Below are positions 13,460 through 25,679 of a stretch of 64,000 nt of DNA, piece after piece; positions within the stretch are counted from its first letter, which is position 1, and each line of letters starts with the position of its first letter. The notes beneath the pieces were generated by a model. The model saw only the letters and a list, made by a program, of their open reading frames with translations. It was not told the origin of the DNA and did not search any database. Source of the stretch: Balanoglossus misakiensis (Eukaryota; Animalia; Hemichordata); NCBI GenBank assembly GCA_040954595.2, contig CM082577.2, positions 2,480,001-2,544,000 on the forward strand, in the 5' to 3' direction. The translations under genes were made by a program, and so were the position numbers.

Positions 13460-16369
13460 TCAGTCACCTTCTCTATGATCACTCCTGTCTTCAATCTTCT
13501 CATCTTCGTTCTCCGACCTCCGGCTCTCCTCTCTTGAATCTTTCATCGGACTTTCGCTCTTAATCTCTGTTGGGAAAAGTTGATTTTGTTGTTCTTTTAA
13601 ACCTTGCTTGAAAAGGTGTCTACACTTTGCGACAAGCTTGAAACTAGCTGGTTTGAAACAATCTCATTTCCATTTCATGCTTTACTACAACAAATGAACA
13701 CTGGAAGTCTGGTGTACTGTACTTGCCTTTTGAACGTCTCTTTTCTTCACTGTGGGATCTTGCTTCTAAGCTCCTGCTGTGTGAATTCTGTCTTTCTCTG
13801 CTCCTGGAACGTCGCCGCTTATCTCTGTGGGATCTACAAGAGATCGTACAGACACGGTCACAAAATAGCAACGACTCTAGAGGACCCCACTGACTCCCTA
13901 ACACTTCTAGACTTGTTTTATTCCCAGCGATCGTAGCGTAAAAGAGCCCATCCAAATCAAATTGACTTCACACAAGTAACAGCTTACCTGTCTCTGTCCC
14001 GATCTCTGCCCCTGTCCCTATCCTTGTCTCGGCTCTGTCGTTTTTCCCTGCTGCGGGAACGACGCTCGCGCGATCGACTCCTGTGTCTGCGCTTCTCTCG
14101 TGACCGCGACCGTCTCCTCTCCCGCGAACGCGACCGCCTTCTATCCCGATGTCTCTCTCTTTCCCTCTTGCGCTCACGCTCCCTCTCTTCCTGCCTCTTC
14201 ATTCGCTCCTCCCGTTCGCGTGCTCTTTCCTTCTCTCTCGTTTCTCTCTCCACCTGTCTCAGACGCTCTTTTTCTTCATCAATTTTTCGATTTTTATTCT
14301 GCAAGAAAGACATCCAACACTCCAATAAATGCCAAGAATGATATCCCGATTACTTCTCAAGCAATTGATGGTAAATAACGTCATGATCTAAATGGACAGG
14401 CTAAGATCTAGATATTTAGAGACAATTTCTCAAAGCCATTGAGACACTCACCCTTACCTACTTGTTTGATTTGCGTACTTAGACTATGTCACTTCAATAT
14501 TTGTGGAGAAGTCCACCCATAAGGAAATTATTCTTAGACAACAATTTCAACAAGACCAGCACCTTTCAGCTTACCTTGAGTTCTTCGATGGTGGCTTTGA
14601 TCTTTGCATAACCCATGTGTTGTTTACCCATCAGATGATCATCAACCCGTGACTGAGCATCACCAACAATAAGAAACGCACCACAGACATCACACACTTC
14701 CATCTGTTTTTCCTGCGCTCCAATACTATTCATGCTCTAAAAAAAACAGTTACCAAATCAATACTTTTAACAATGAATGCACAAAGTGAAATTTAATTAA
14801 ACCATCCCATCAGTAATAATCTATTCATTTTTCCCCTTTCAGTTTCATGAGATTAAACAGATGGGCTCAACTATTTATACAGAAGCCATCAAATGACACA
14901 TGGCAGTTCAAAAGTTACACGGATCAAAACAAAATGCCCCATCGACAATCTTTCTCTATCTGACACAATCTGTGATAATGTATCTTCTTCAGGAGTCACT
15001 GGGTCTCCATCAAAATCTCTGTCACTGCCCTACTTACATTATTCAACTGTTCCCTTTCCTCCTTCAGCTGCTCGCACAGTTTCATCATTCCCTGGGCTTC
15101 CTCCACTTTTCCCTCGCACCCAAGCTGTTCAACTTGCTCCACTAGCTCGTTGATCCTCGTTGTCAGTATGGCTGCCTTCTCCTCGTTCTTTGCCGTTGTG
15201 CCGGACGGGTTCGGGTTGGAGCCGCCCAGACTCGGTGGAATGATCAGCCGGGAATGACCTCGCCGAATGCGTCGATCCACGTCAGCCATGATCTGTTGCA
15301 GGTAATGCAGGAAGTCCTCATCGTAACCCATTTTGCCACGTCTTGGGTTTTTTTCATATCTGCACAGAAACAAAAGATTTTTATTTTCCAAAATCTTGAA
15401 AGTACCAGTATATGAATGCTCAGTGACAGTGTGCTTGATTCTACCAATTTGTTAAAAGGAAGAACAAAATTTTACTTACTGTCTTTTTAGAGCTTCATCA
15501 TGCACCTTTTCACAAGGACCTAAAAGAGAGCCATGAGCATAATAAGAAATGTATTCAATGAAGACATCTGCGTCAATGAAGCAATGATGTAAATCGTATT
15601 TTGTGAAACACTGACAAGACAAACAAATTCTCAGTTGCTGGGCGTAAACATCAGTTTGTGTCACTGTACGACTTTGTCCTGATATATAATTTGCAAATAA
15701 ATGATTTATTTGTTTTAAAGTTGTTCTAAGTATAAAATCATCTTGTTCAAATTCCATGGGAGGAGAGGGGACCTGCTACCTACCTAAATCAGACCTTGTA
15801 TTTATGAATAACTCATGTGGACAAAAGTCCACAAGATAGTACTTGCACACCTGTGGAAAGATGACACATCAGAAATTCTACATTTAGGAACTAACATCCA
15901 CTTTGAGGCTTGATGTGGAATGGATCATTTGTGAGTGGTAGAGGTTGTGTGTGTGTGTGTGTGTAAGTACAATGGATTGTGGGTAACATCAGCTTTTTGT
16001 GTAAGTTTCAACTCGCTCCTCACCCAAAAAAAATGGGGAATTATTCGCTCCCCACATGAATAACTGGGGGGGGGGGGGAATAATCCAACTACACAAACCA
16101 ATATAATTGTTTTAATGTGTGAACTGTATTTAGACAACTGCGTCGTACAATGAGTGTGATACAAGCAACCTTCACTTCAGTCATTTGTCAATGACTCACT
16201 GACACGCACCAACCAGTGAATCTCTCGTGTCCACGCGTAAAATTTTGAAGATTTTGGTTTAAAAACTCACCTCGGGGGACTCCCAGCTGACTTCATCAGA
16301 TTTTTGGTTAGGCAAGAGATTACGATCTCTGCCCATTAACTCGTCTAATAACTGAGCCGCCGTCTGCAT
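13460..16369 (-). CDS. LUC7L3: Luc7-like protein 3 (U1 snRNP-associated splicing factor), about 404 aa, 8 coding exons
   Basis: Exons 16369-16271, 15850-15784, 15519-15480, 15359-15038, 14736-14575, 14298-13988, 13833-13727, 13566-13460 (1215 nt, in frame; the last intron is GC-AG). Sequence includes MQTAAQLLDELMGRDRN, zinc finger 1 VCKYYLVDFCPHELFINTRSDLGPCEKVH, zinc finger 2 MEVCDVCGAFLIVGDAQSRVDDHLMGKQH, and an RE/RS-rich tail. Confidence 0.95.
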
Positions 16370-16789
16370 TTCGATAATTTTCTTGACAAACCAACTACCA
16401 CAACAGTGATAGTCAGCGGCAGCGCGCTGGAAATTTCCTACTACACACCTAGCTTACTGAAAATATTCAATATTGCAGCCATATAAATAATCCACGTAAT
16501 GCGCAATCTACTGATAATATTTAAAAGCTATACTTTTAAATTAAGCGTCTCAATTTTACGTGTAATATCACTCTATTTGTAAAATCATCCTAACATAAAG
16601 ATAACAGATACATCAACTTGAAACGCAATATTTTTCATTAATATGAGGCTAAAGGGTCTAGGCCGGACAGCCTCGTCCCCGGCATTGCTTCCCGTTGCAA
16701 ATATCCTGTGTGCTTGGTTCCTCGGTGTGACGTTGAGGTCGCAAGCCACAGGTCACAGGAAAGTGGAAAGAACCGTATAGGCGGGCGGG
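16370..16789. promoter_or_regulatory. Bidirectional promoter region LUC7L3/ANKRD40
   Basis: Divergent ATGs 420 bp apart with CpG-containing flanks. Confidence 0.7.
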
Positions 16790-17137
16790 ATGGAGGAGAA
16801 TCTTAGAGAATTCGCGTGCATTGGGAACGAAGATGGAGTGAGGAAACTGTTACAAACGGGGATTAATGTTAATTCACAACATCAGATAAACGGATGGTGA
16901 GTAGATTTGGTACATCAGACAAATATTTGACGATTTAAAATGTGCCGGTGTGCCAGTCACCCCACCAAATACCTTCACTAAAGATCGTAGTATTCTGGAA
17001 TACTGACGTATTCATGGAGGTGACACGTTGTCACTGTCCACCCTAGGTTTGTGCAAGTTATAATACATGTATTATACGTTGCATACTGAACAATTCTTGT
17101 CAGATATTATGCCGCACAAGCTACCTAGTCTGTAAAC

Positions 17138-17211
<74 letters not shown>

Positions 17212-18640
17212 ACAACAACAACAACAACCATGCGTCAGAAACGATCGTCACTACACATGGGGGAGCAGCAGCTGCCTATAAAAATAAAACCAGTCTAATC
17301 CAATTTATGTTGGACAAAAATAAATATTACCATTTAATAACATTTGTGCATGATAGTGCAGTACATGTACTCACAAAATAATTCGATATATATAGGGGAA
17401 AAGGGTGATTATTTTCTATTGAAATATTCTTCCATAAAAGTTTCAAATGTCTTAAAAATAATTTTCTATAATTATAGGTCAGCCTTGCATTGGGCGTGTA
17501 AAAGGGACCATGCTTCGGTTGCGAAGTTGTTACTAGAACACGGAGCTGACAAAAATCTTCAGACACAGAAAGGAGAAAAGGCAGTACACTTGACAACCAA
17601 TCCACAAATCCAGGAACTCCTTGGAGGTAATATAAGAAGATGACATTTTCATTCACGGCTTCATGTACATTCTCATATAAAAAATCAGGATGTACTAGAA
17701 GTAGAATAAAGAGAAAATTGTTGTTGTATACTTTCTGAAATTTTGAAGTACTTTTTGAAGTAGAATAGTACTACTACAGTGTAAAATATGCCAGTGATTC
17801 ATCTTGAATAAGTACATGGGTCATTGATCTAAATTAACAAGTGTCTGGAATGGTTATATGAACTGCTTTTACTAAATATTCCACATGTTTGGGAATTAAC
17901 ATATGAAATTTTACTTGATGAGTCATATGGTAAAAATGTCTCACTTTCATACTGACTCAGTTTTCCTTTGTTGGTGATTGTCACACAAGGCAATGCTGGA
18001 GGTGACGACAGTCCGGAAAGTCGGGAAGACAGTCTTCCGATCACTCCGTCATACCTGAAGTATCCACCGTTCCCGTACGCCAAGGGTCAGGGAGAGCCGT
18101 CAGTGAACCACTTCAATTCTGTGCCCACCACACATTCCCATCAACTTTCAGATCCAAATGGTGAGTATGGTGGTACTGGCTATCACATACAATCTGAATA
18201 AATTGGCAAATCTTTATAAATGGGCAAATCTTTAGCCAGAGAATTTCATTGTAAAATACTAGTATCTTGTACGTATACTTAGCTTTAATGAACTATAATG
18301 TATCCATTACCTCACAGAATTGGTATTGAAAGTTCGAGTTGCAAATACCTTTGAAACTGACTACATAGAGGTGGAATTCGACTACGGCCAGTTGACGTAC
18401 AGAAACCTGCTGGAGACATGTGCCAAGGAACTGCGCATCAACCCAGATGCCGTGCTCAAAATCCGCAAACTTCCAAACACCATCGTTCGCAAGGATAAGG
18501 ACGTCCAGCGCCTGCACAATTTCCAAGAGCTCGAACTGGTGTTAGAGCGCAGTATGGCGAAAGGTCCCGGCACGTTATACACCGCACCCGCCAAATCAGG
18601 ATCGACGAATCTGGACACTAAGAGCCGACTCATCTACTGA
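16790..18640 (+). CDS. ANKRD40: Ankyrin repeat domain-containing protein 40, about 249 aa, 4 exons
   Basis: Exons 16790-16896, 17478-17626, 17990-18160 (AAG acceptor), 18318-18640; 750 nt in frame. Ankyrin repeats LREFACIG...VNSQHQINGWSALHWACKRDH, then PITPSYLKYPPFPY and C-terminal LVLKVRV...KIRKLPNTIVRKDKDVQRLHNFQELELVL, typical of ANKRD40. Confidence 0.93.
17138..17227. repeat. Compound microsatellite (CAT)24(CAA)6 in ANKRD40 intron 1
   Basis: Read directly from the sequence. Confidence 0.95.
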
Positions 18641-21050
18641 AAGTGATTTCTGGACATTTTCGGGATACAGTTGTATTTGTAAATTGTTGCATGTTTATGA
18701 GCAGTGGAATCATCCCCTGATGTTAATGCCTGGTTTTTCTTTAAATATAAATCAAAAATAAGATTTCTTAGTGTAATTGTTGATCTTACTGTGTTGATAT
18801 TCTTCAAATAGGGTTGCTGATAAACAAGACATGCGAGGTACAAATAATTTATGTTGAATGTTTTTAAGTTGAATGTGTTTGCGCTGGGAAAATTACACCT
18901 ATGAAAAGTTCTCCAATATGAAAAATCTCGTAAATTTGGCATACTTACAATTTATTTCTTGACTAAGTCTTACTTTTTTGAGAGACTTCATAATTTCAAG
19001 GAGTGCCTTTTCCTTCAGTTGAATTGAACAGAGACAAAAATAAGATATATCATCTCGAAATGCCCATTACTGCCAAGTCAGTAGTTTCATCTTGATGTGC
19101 CTAAACAACCATTTTGTAATGCCTGATAAAAATACTGATAGCACTCTTTTAAAATCTCTGAACACAACAGTTTTGAAGTAAAAAGGTGAACTTGCAAAAG
19201 TAATGCAATATTTAACTACCTGAGTAAACCTATACAAGTTCAACACAGTCCTTTATTTAAACCTGCCATAGTAGATTTGATTATATCACTGCAGTTCAAA
19301 AGATGAATTTAGGTTGGAATTTTGATTTAATTTAACTTTTTTATTAAACGAATAAGAATATTGTTTATTGTTAAGAGGAAGGGAGTCATTAGGATAAAAT
19401 GTGCAATGAATTTTTCTATTGGTACTAGTACTATTACATTAGAAAGCATTAGAAAATTTTACTTTCCAATATGCAAATACTCTTTCTAGTAAGTGTGAAA
19501 TGACCACAATTCATTCTCTTCCACTGCTCTGGTAATGGAATTCATATAAGGAGAGTTATACATGTACATGAATGATTAGGACCCACTTTCACTGCCTTTC
19601 TTATCTTTGGGTTTTGCATTTCTCCTTGTGGCGATTTATATATGTTAAGAGTCTGACAAAAAATTAAGAGGCATGTCATGATTCAAATTTCCAAGTCTGT
19701 GTCTTGCTCAGTTTTTTTTAACATACATGTATTGGTGGATGTGTGACTTCATGAGACAGAAGAGAAGTGACCTAGTGTCTTGTAACTTCTTTATCTTTTG
19801 AGTTATCATTTGGACTATTATGATCTCGGGAAAATTTACAAATTTATACAGATGTTGGAGGGAATATCCAAGAGACTTTAAGCTTATTTGTTAAAAGTTT
19901 TCAAGATACAAGATGTTTTGCGATATCTATGATTCTTTATCTTAAAAAGATAGGTAACTTTGTATTGAAGTTAACATGCATGTATTTATGTATGGTACGT
20001 GTAGTGACAGTGGTTCTTCATACACTTTCTCCATGACAACCAGGTAAATTTGTCATAGTTATGTTATCATTTTGTACCTCTAGGCATTCGTACTTCATGA
20101 AGATATTCTTCAATTTCGCTGTGTCCATTTGAATCCCGAGCTCCATCAACCCTTTGGGGGGCTCATCACCATGAGAGGAATGATTGAAACCAGGGTGTAG
20201 CATGACCTCTCTTCGCTCTGTTGACCTCTCTGAGTGTCAGACATCCTGGTTCTGATTGGCTGTCGATGTGCTTACAGAAGCTGTTGATTGGTTCAGATGT
20301 GGAGGTATAAAATCTGCTCATATCTCTCACATTGAGGTTTTATTGATCCGTCATTTCTCCTACTTTTATTGTATTGCGACAAGCTAGAAGCACCAGAAAT
20401 CTATACTTGCTGCTTGTTCACTGATCTCCAGCAGTAATAGACAACTGAAACCTCCACAGCTATTAAAAACCATGACTATCTGCTTTTCTCTTGGTGGACA
20501 AAATTACAGCTCTGTTGTCACTTGCAGCCATCTCTGAACGCAGCTGTAGCTGAGAGGGGCAGAACCAGGGGCATTCAAAAGGTCACTTTAATGTCATGTT
20601 TAGAATGTTTTTACGGAATGTGTCTTCCATCTTTAAATCAGACATTTCAATTCCATTGTTTTGCTATACCCTGTTATGACCGATTAAATGATATCCTGCA
20701 AGTTTGTCTGTGATGTTTCTTATTGAAATAGATCACATAGATGACACTGGTGTGACTTTATTGAATCGCACAGATCCATCACAGTGGCATCCCTGCCACA
20801 GTTGCGCATAAAAATACATATCACTGCACTGTTCAGCATAAAAATTTTGTACACAACTTGATAAAATATTGTAACTGAGTTTCATCATAGAGAGTAAGGT
20901 GTATATCATCAGGAAAATAATACAAAAGAACAGAAGCGTTTTTGTAAATATATCTCCTAACAGTCACTAACATGGATAAGTTGACTGTATATGAAACTAG
21001 TTATTCTCAATGCTCGTCCCAGATTTCTGCACGTTTGGTTTTCATTTTGA

Positions 21051-23474
21051 CTATTTGACCTTGGAAACACTTTTTCTTCCTCTCCTTGAAGGCATTTTCT
21101 TGGCTTCAATTTGTTTTTCAGGAGATTCCTCCCCAGATTCACTTTCTTTACTTTCCTCAGTCTTTATCTTTTTTTGAACGGTCTGTTTGCTGGGGCTTTG
21201 TTTCCTCTTCTGTCTGCCTCCATCCTCTTCATGGCCGCTGTCCTCGTAGTCCGATTCAATCCCATCATCCTCTGATGCCTCTGGGTCGCCGACTTCAATT
21301 GGTGCGTCTTCTGTTAAGTGGAAAAATATAAGTCCAGTTCTGGTCAGATCATATGGCAATTATAAGTCTGTTGATGTTCTGTGCTGGTACATTACGGTAG
21401 TAACTTCAGAGAAATGACCTGTCTCCAAACTGAAACAAACTTCAAAATGGCAGATCTCACAAAGTACGTTAAAATGAAATCACACCTTGTCAAAACAGGT
21501 CCTGTCCAATACGGAACACCTTTGAAGTTTCCCTGCCCCCTACTGATTTGATTTCTGCAGTGACGACATTTAGTTAAATGCATGTGTATTTCTGTAAATC
21601 ATACATTACCTGACTCCTCTGCATTATAATCCAACGAGGCATAGATTGGTATGGACATGGATTTCGCTGTTTTGACGTAGAGACACTTGATATTTGACCA
21701 ACCCTTGGGGACCTTGAACGCCAGGCTCTCCACGACTGACATTAAATTCTCCACAGTCTGTTCTTGGGTCAGGCTTGTGTTGGATATCGTGACTCCGCTG
21801 TGGAGGAAAATAAGAAGTTTCAAAATGGGCTTCTGTAATCTTGCATCAGACAACAATAAATTGGTAAGCAGTTTAAGTTTGCTTTCTCTCTCTTTACACA
21901 TTACTGTAACTTGCATCAGTTGCAAGACTCACCTGCAAGCCCCTCTGCCTACCAAGGTGAAGTAGACTGCATTGATTGATGAATTGATTTCTTTGACCAA
22001 GTCACTTTTCATGATATTGACTGCCACTGGGTATCTGACAAAGAAAGTATTCAAGGTGTGCATCAGTACATTTCCATATTTGTACATTCTACAGATCAAG
22101 CAGAATGTTACAAAGCCACAATGTATCATGGAATAAGACGTCTGAACACATCGGCAGATTTCAGTGAAATCATATCACTGCTCATGAACGTCAGTGAACC
22201 TTTAATATGCATGTTCTGTTGCTGAATATGACAACAATTATCCAAGCCCGAGTCAAGATTAGTGCAAGTTGGCAAAGAGATCCACTTACTTTTTCTTTCT
22301 GTGGAACTCTTTTCCTGTGCATGTGTCGAGAAGTCGAAAGATTCTGTCATCAGCCAAGAAGAGGTCATAGGACATTACCAACTTGCGACGAGCTTCAAAT
22401 GGTCGATATTCTTTCCTCAGCGTCTGTAGTGGAATAACCTGGATGGAAAAGGAGTTGAAGAAAAGCATTAGATACAAAAATTAAATTTTATGTACTCATA
22501 CTTCACCACAAACTTATTGATCATGATTAATGCTGTTCTGAATGATCCAGATTATCCAGATTTCCAAGTTCTAATTTGCCCTCAGGGCTAGAGTTGACTA
22601 TTTAATGCTTACACGTGAGATATTTTTGACTCCCTTCTTTGCCAACAACTTTTCATAAAATTTGGCACTCTCTTCTCTGGTCTTGCCTTCATCTTTGGTG
22701 ATGAGGCAGATGTCGCTGGTTTCCCCACGATAGCCGTGAGGAACACATCTGCAAAAAAACAAAGACATGATTACCATGTACATGTATGCTTCCACAATGG
22801 TATACTGCATGAAATGCTCATTCAGAAATACACACATTTAATAATTATGGTTGATCACAGAGTGAAGGTATGATCAATATCACATTGTGCTTGAGTGATG
22901 TGACTTTGAAAAACTGTATAGTATTGTCAGTATTATCACAATTCTACTCACAATTTATAGCGTTTGTTTTTCTGCACGGGTACATCCCACAGTGTCACCT
23001 GTAAGTTGATTGGAACACTGTTGCCAAATAACGGTTTCTTTTTATCCCGCAGTTCCTGATGCTTGTATAATGCACTCACTGCATTAGCTACCTAGGAGAG
23101 GGAAATAATAGTGTGTGTTTTTCATTACTAATTATCCCGAATTTACAACTCTGGAGGCTTGTCCCCTGTGATGTTATGTACTGCTATTCGAACATGTTTG
23201 CTATTTTCAGTACACAACTAGACTTCACAAGTTACAATGTATCAATCTATGCATGGCCATATCATATGCAGCATGCATGGTTAGTACATGTACTAGTCTA
23301 CTCATCGAAATATCTCCTGTTATCATGCAAATCTGCCCATATATGTAACATTGCCAACAACACTAGCAACTAACTGTACTAATACGTCAACAAGGAGCGC
23401 AACGCCTTTACCTTTTCCTCACAAAGTTGACTTTTGCGAGTTGTAGCGACATCCACATGTTCACTTGACGCCAT
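21051..23474 (-). CDS. RSL1D1: Ribosomal L1 domain-containing protein 1, about 345 aa, 7 exons
   Basis: Exons 23474-23412, 23091-22952, 22748-22613, 22438-22290, 22034-21933, 21797-21610, 21310-21051; 1038 nt in frame, GT-AG introns. Motifs [55 protein letters not shown] and [21 protein letters not shown], plus an acidic/basic tail. Confidence 0.93.
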
Positions 23475-23553
23475 TTTTAAAAAAGGAACCTCTAACGCCG
23501 TGAAATTTTGTGTGGAAGAGCGCCGTCTACGGCAGTATATTTGGTACAACAAA
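23475..23553. promoter_or_regulatory. Ultra-compact bidirectional promoter / 5'UTR region RSL1D1/NDUFA6
   Basis: Only 79 bp between the divergent ATGs. Both lie within AAAATGGCGTC (YY1/TISU-like). Confidence 0.75.
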
Positions 23554-24416
23554 ATGGCGTCTCAAAGTGCTGGGAAGGTCGCGGCGGCTGCTATTTCTGC
23601 AGCGAAAGAAGTTATCAAACCCGTCATGTCTCGGGATGCGAATGAAGCTAAACGACGCGTAAGAAACTTGTACAGAGCTTGGTACAGAGAAGTCCCCCAT
23701 ACAGGTAAATTTAACCTGAAACCTCCCCTTTCGTGCGTACGTGTTTGTTATGGTTGTGAAACTTGTCGCAAAGCCCGGTACATGACCTTCAGCACCCTCT
23801 GTAGGCCCTGGGAACATGTATGCAGCCATCAACAGTTTTCTCATGATATGGTCTCCGTTCAGGTGCCATGGAACGTTTCTGTGCTTAACTAGCATTCTCT
23901 TTAATGTTCGCTTTCCTGTCCATTTTTGTTTTTGCCCAACATGATCTGACACATCACTTTCCTTCTGCTTCATTTTCTTTCAGTCTATGCATACCAACTC
24001 GACATCTCAGTCAAACAAGGAAGGGATAAATTGAAAGAACAGTTTGTCAAGAATGCCCATGTACAAGACATACGTGCTATTGACTTGCTTGTCATCAAGG
24101 TAAACAACTTGACATTTGTATCATTTGATGTATTATTGTAATATATTGGATTTGAATGCCAACTATTTGTAACAGTTTGTGACAAATGATTTTATGCTAT
24201 GATACAAATGTGTATTGGTTTACTATTATATTAAGTGTATTCCTAGATTTATCCTGGTAGTATCCCTTTCCCTTGTCCCTCTGTTTGCAGGGTAAAATGG
24301 ACCTGGAAGAAACTCACAAAGTCTGGAAGCAGAGGACCCACATCATGCGATTCTTTCATGAAACTGAACGACCAGCGAAGACGGATTTTCTATCCAAGTT
24401 TTACGAGGGACAGTAG
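23554..24416 (+). CDS. NDUFA6: NADH dehydrogenase 1 alpha subcomplex subunit 6 (LYR-motif protein), about 130 aa, 3 exons
   Basis: Exons 23554-23704, 23984-24099, 24291-24416; 393 nt. Sequence [67 protein letters not shown] and DFLSKFYEG. Confidence 0.97.
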
Positions 24417-24719
24417 TTCAAAGGACAAAAGAAAAAAAATGTGTTATTTGTACATGATGTGACTTGCGCAGTCAGTGTAGATATTGTGTGCCATGTTGTT
24501 GTGAAATGATATATTTCCAGATGCATTTTGCAGTTACTAAACATTAGTATTTTAGAATGTTTGTTGTTGCACAGCAGGGCATGTAACAAGGCCTGTTTTC
24601 AGCATCTTATTCTCACACGCGACCACAACATCATTTGCTGGGTCTTGAATAGTTTTGCTTGTATGGATGTTCTAGATGGCAACTTGGGATGTTAAAGTTG
24701 ATAAAAAAATATCTAGGTA

Positions 24720-24730
24720 AATAAAATAAA
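24720..24730 (+). terminator. Candidate NDUFA6 polyadenylation signal
   Basis: Overlapping AATAAAATAAA about 300 nt after the stop, followed by TGTGT-rich sequence. Confidence 0.55.
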
Positions 24731-25494
24731 TTGAATATGTGTATGTTTAATGTGTATGTTTCCTTAAAAAACCCAGTCAGCTTTTATCAGCAAACAAAAG
24801 AAATAATTATACTGGTCGTAGAGGCTGCTAAAGAGCGCCTCCAGTGTCTTTCCTATCTTAATTCATTTGTTTTTGTAAAATTTGAATAATAGCCCTGCAT
24901 GGTCGAGTTGAAGTCTGGATACAGAGCAAGTTCAGTCATCTCTCGCTATCATTCCTCCAGGGTTCCTTGCAATTGGAAACATGGACAGAGTCGGACAGCT
25001 CCATCAGTGGCAATCTCAGATGAGAGATGTCTTCTTCGGCTCTGTCAAAACTATGATGTGGGTTGAAGTTTTATCTTTGTTTCTCGTCATCCGGCCCATA
25101 CTTTTCTGCGCTGGCTTAAAGTTTTCATCAGGGCTGCCGAAGTGAAAACAGATGTGCGGGAACAATCACGCTTTCAGAGGGGCCTCCCCAGATCTGGTGT
25201 CATCTGTACACGTGCTCAACAAGTCATTTTGCTCACATTCGATGTTGAGAGCCTACTGAATGACACCTCCCATGCCAGGTACTTATTGAAACCGGGGGTG
25301 TCGTCATGTAATGGTTGAATGTACGGAACTTCTACAGACATCTTGCCATCCATGACTATTTTGGAGGTCATCTCCATGCGTGAGAGTAAGTTTACGTAGA
25401 CCTCCCCGGTACTTCTCTCTCAAGTGGCGTTTATGACTCGTTTTGGCCGAGTACCACTTCAGATGGTTATATGAAAAGCGAACTCAACCGATGA

Positions 25495-25679
25495 TTAAAG
25501 GTATACTCCAATTTGCTTACGCCCATATATGACTGAAATGGCGTATTTAGCGTTCTAAAGTACAGGTGCCGCTCTTTTTTCGCGTGTGTCACCCACTAAA
25601 AATCCGTGATTGGCTAGATCTCAGTTTTCCATGGTAAATGTAACTAAATTTGCATCTATAGGTGGCGGTATACCTTTAA
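25495..25679. mobile_element. TTAA-flanked MITE, copy 1 (Kolobok-like termini)
   Basis: TTAA-AGGTATAC ... GTATACCT-TTAA. The interior is clearly homologous to 48293-48481. Confidence 0.8.

Noticed and set aside
14024-14378. Plus-strand Ser/Arg/Leu-rich ORFs
   Set aside because: They are antisense shadows of the low-complexity RE/RS exon of LUC7L3.
17138-17227. Poly-His/Gln coding tract
   Set aside because: It lies in ANKRD40 intron 1 without flanking splice sites; it is a simple microsatellite.
22035-22612. Possible H/ACA snoRNAs in RSL1D1 introns 3-4 (AGAACA boxes, weak hairpins)
   Set aside because: I could not establish a convincing two-hairpin fold or guide pairing by eye; this would need an Infernal/Rfam or snoRNA-finder search.
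23434-23973. 152-aa and 148-aa ORFs from the track
   Set aside because: The plus ORF is NDUFA6 exon 1 with upstream and intronic read-through; the minus ORF is its antisense with no recognisable protein.
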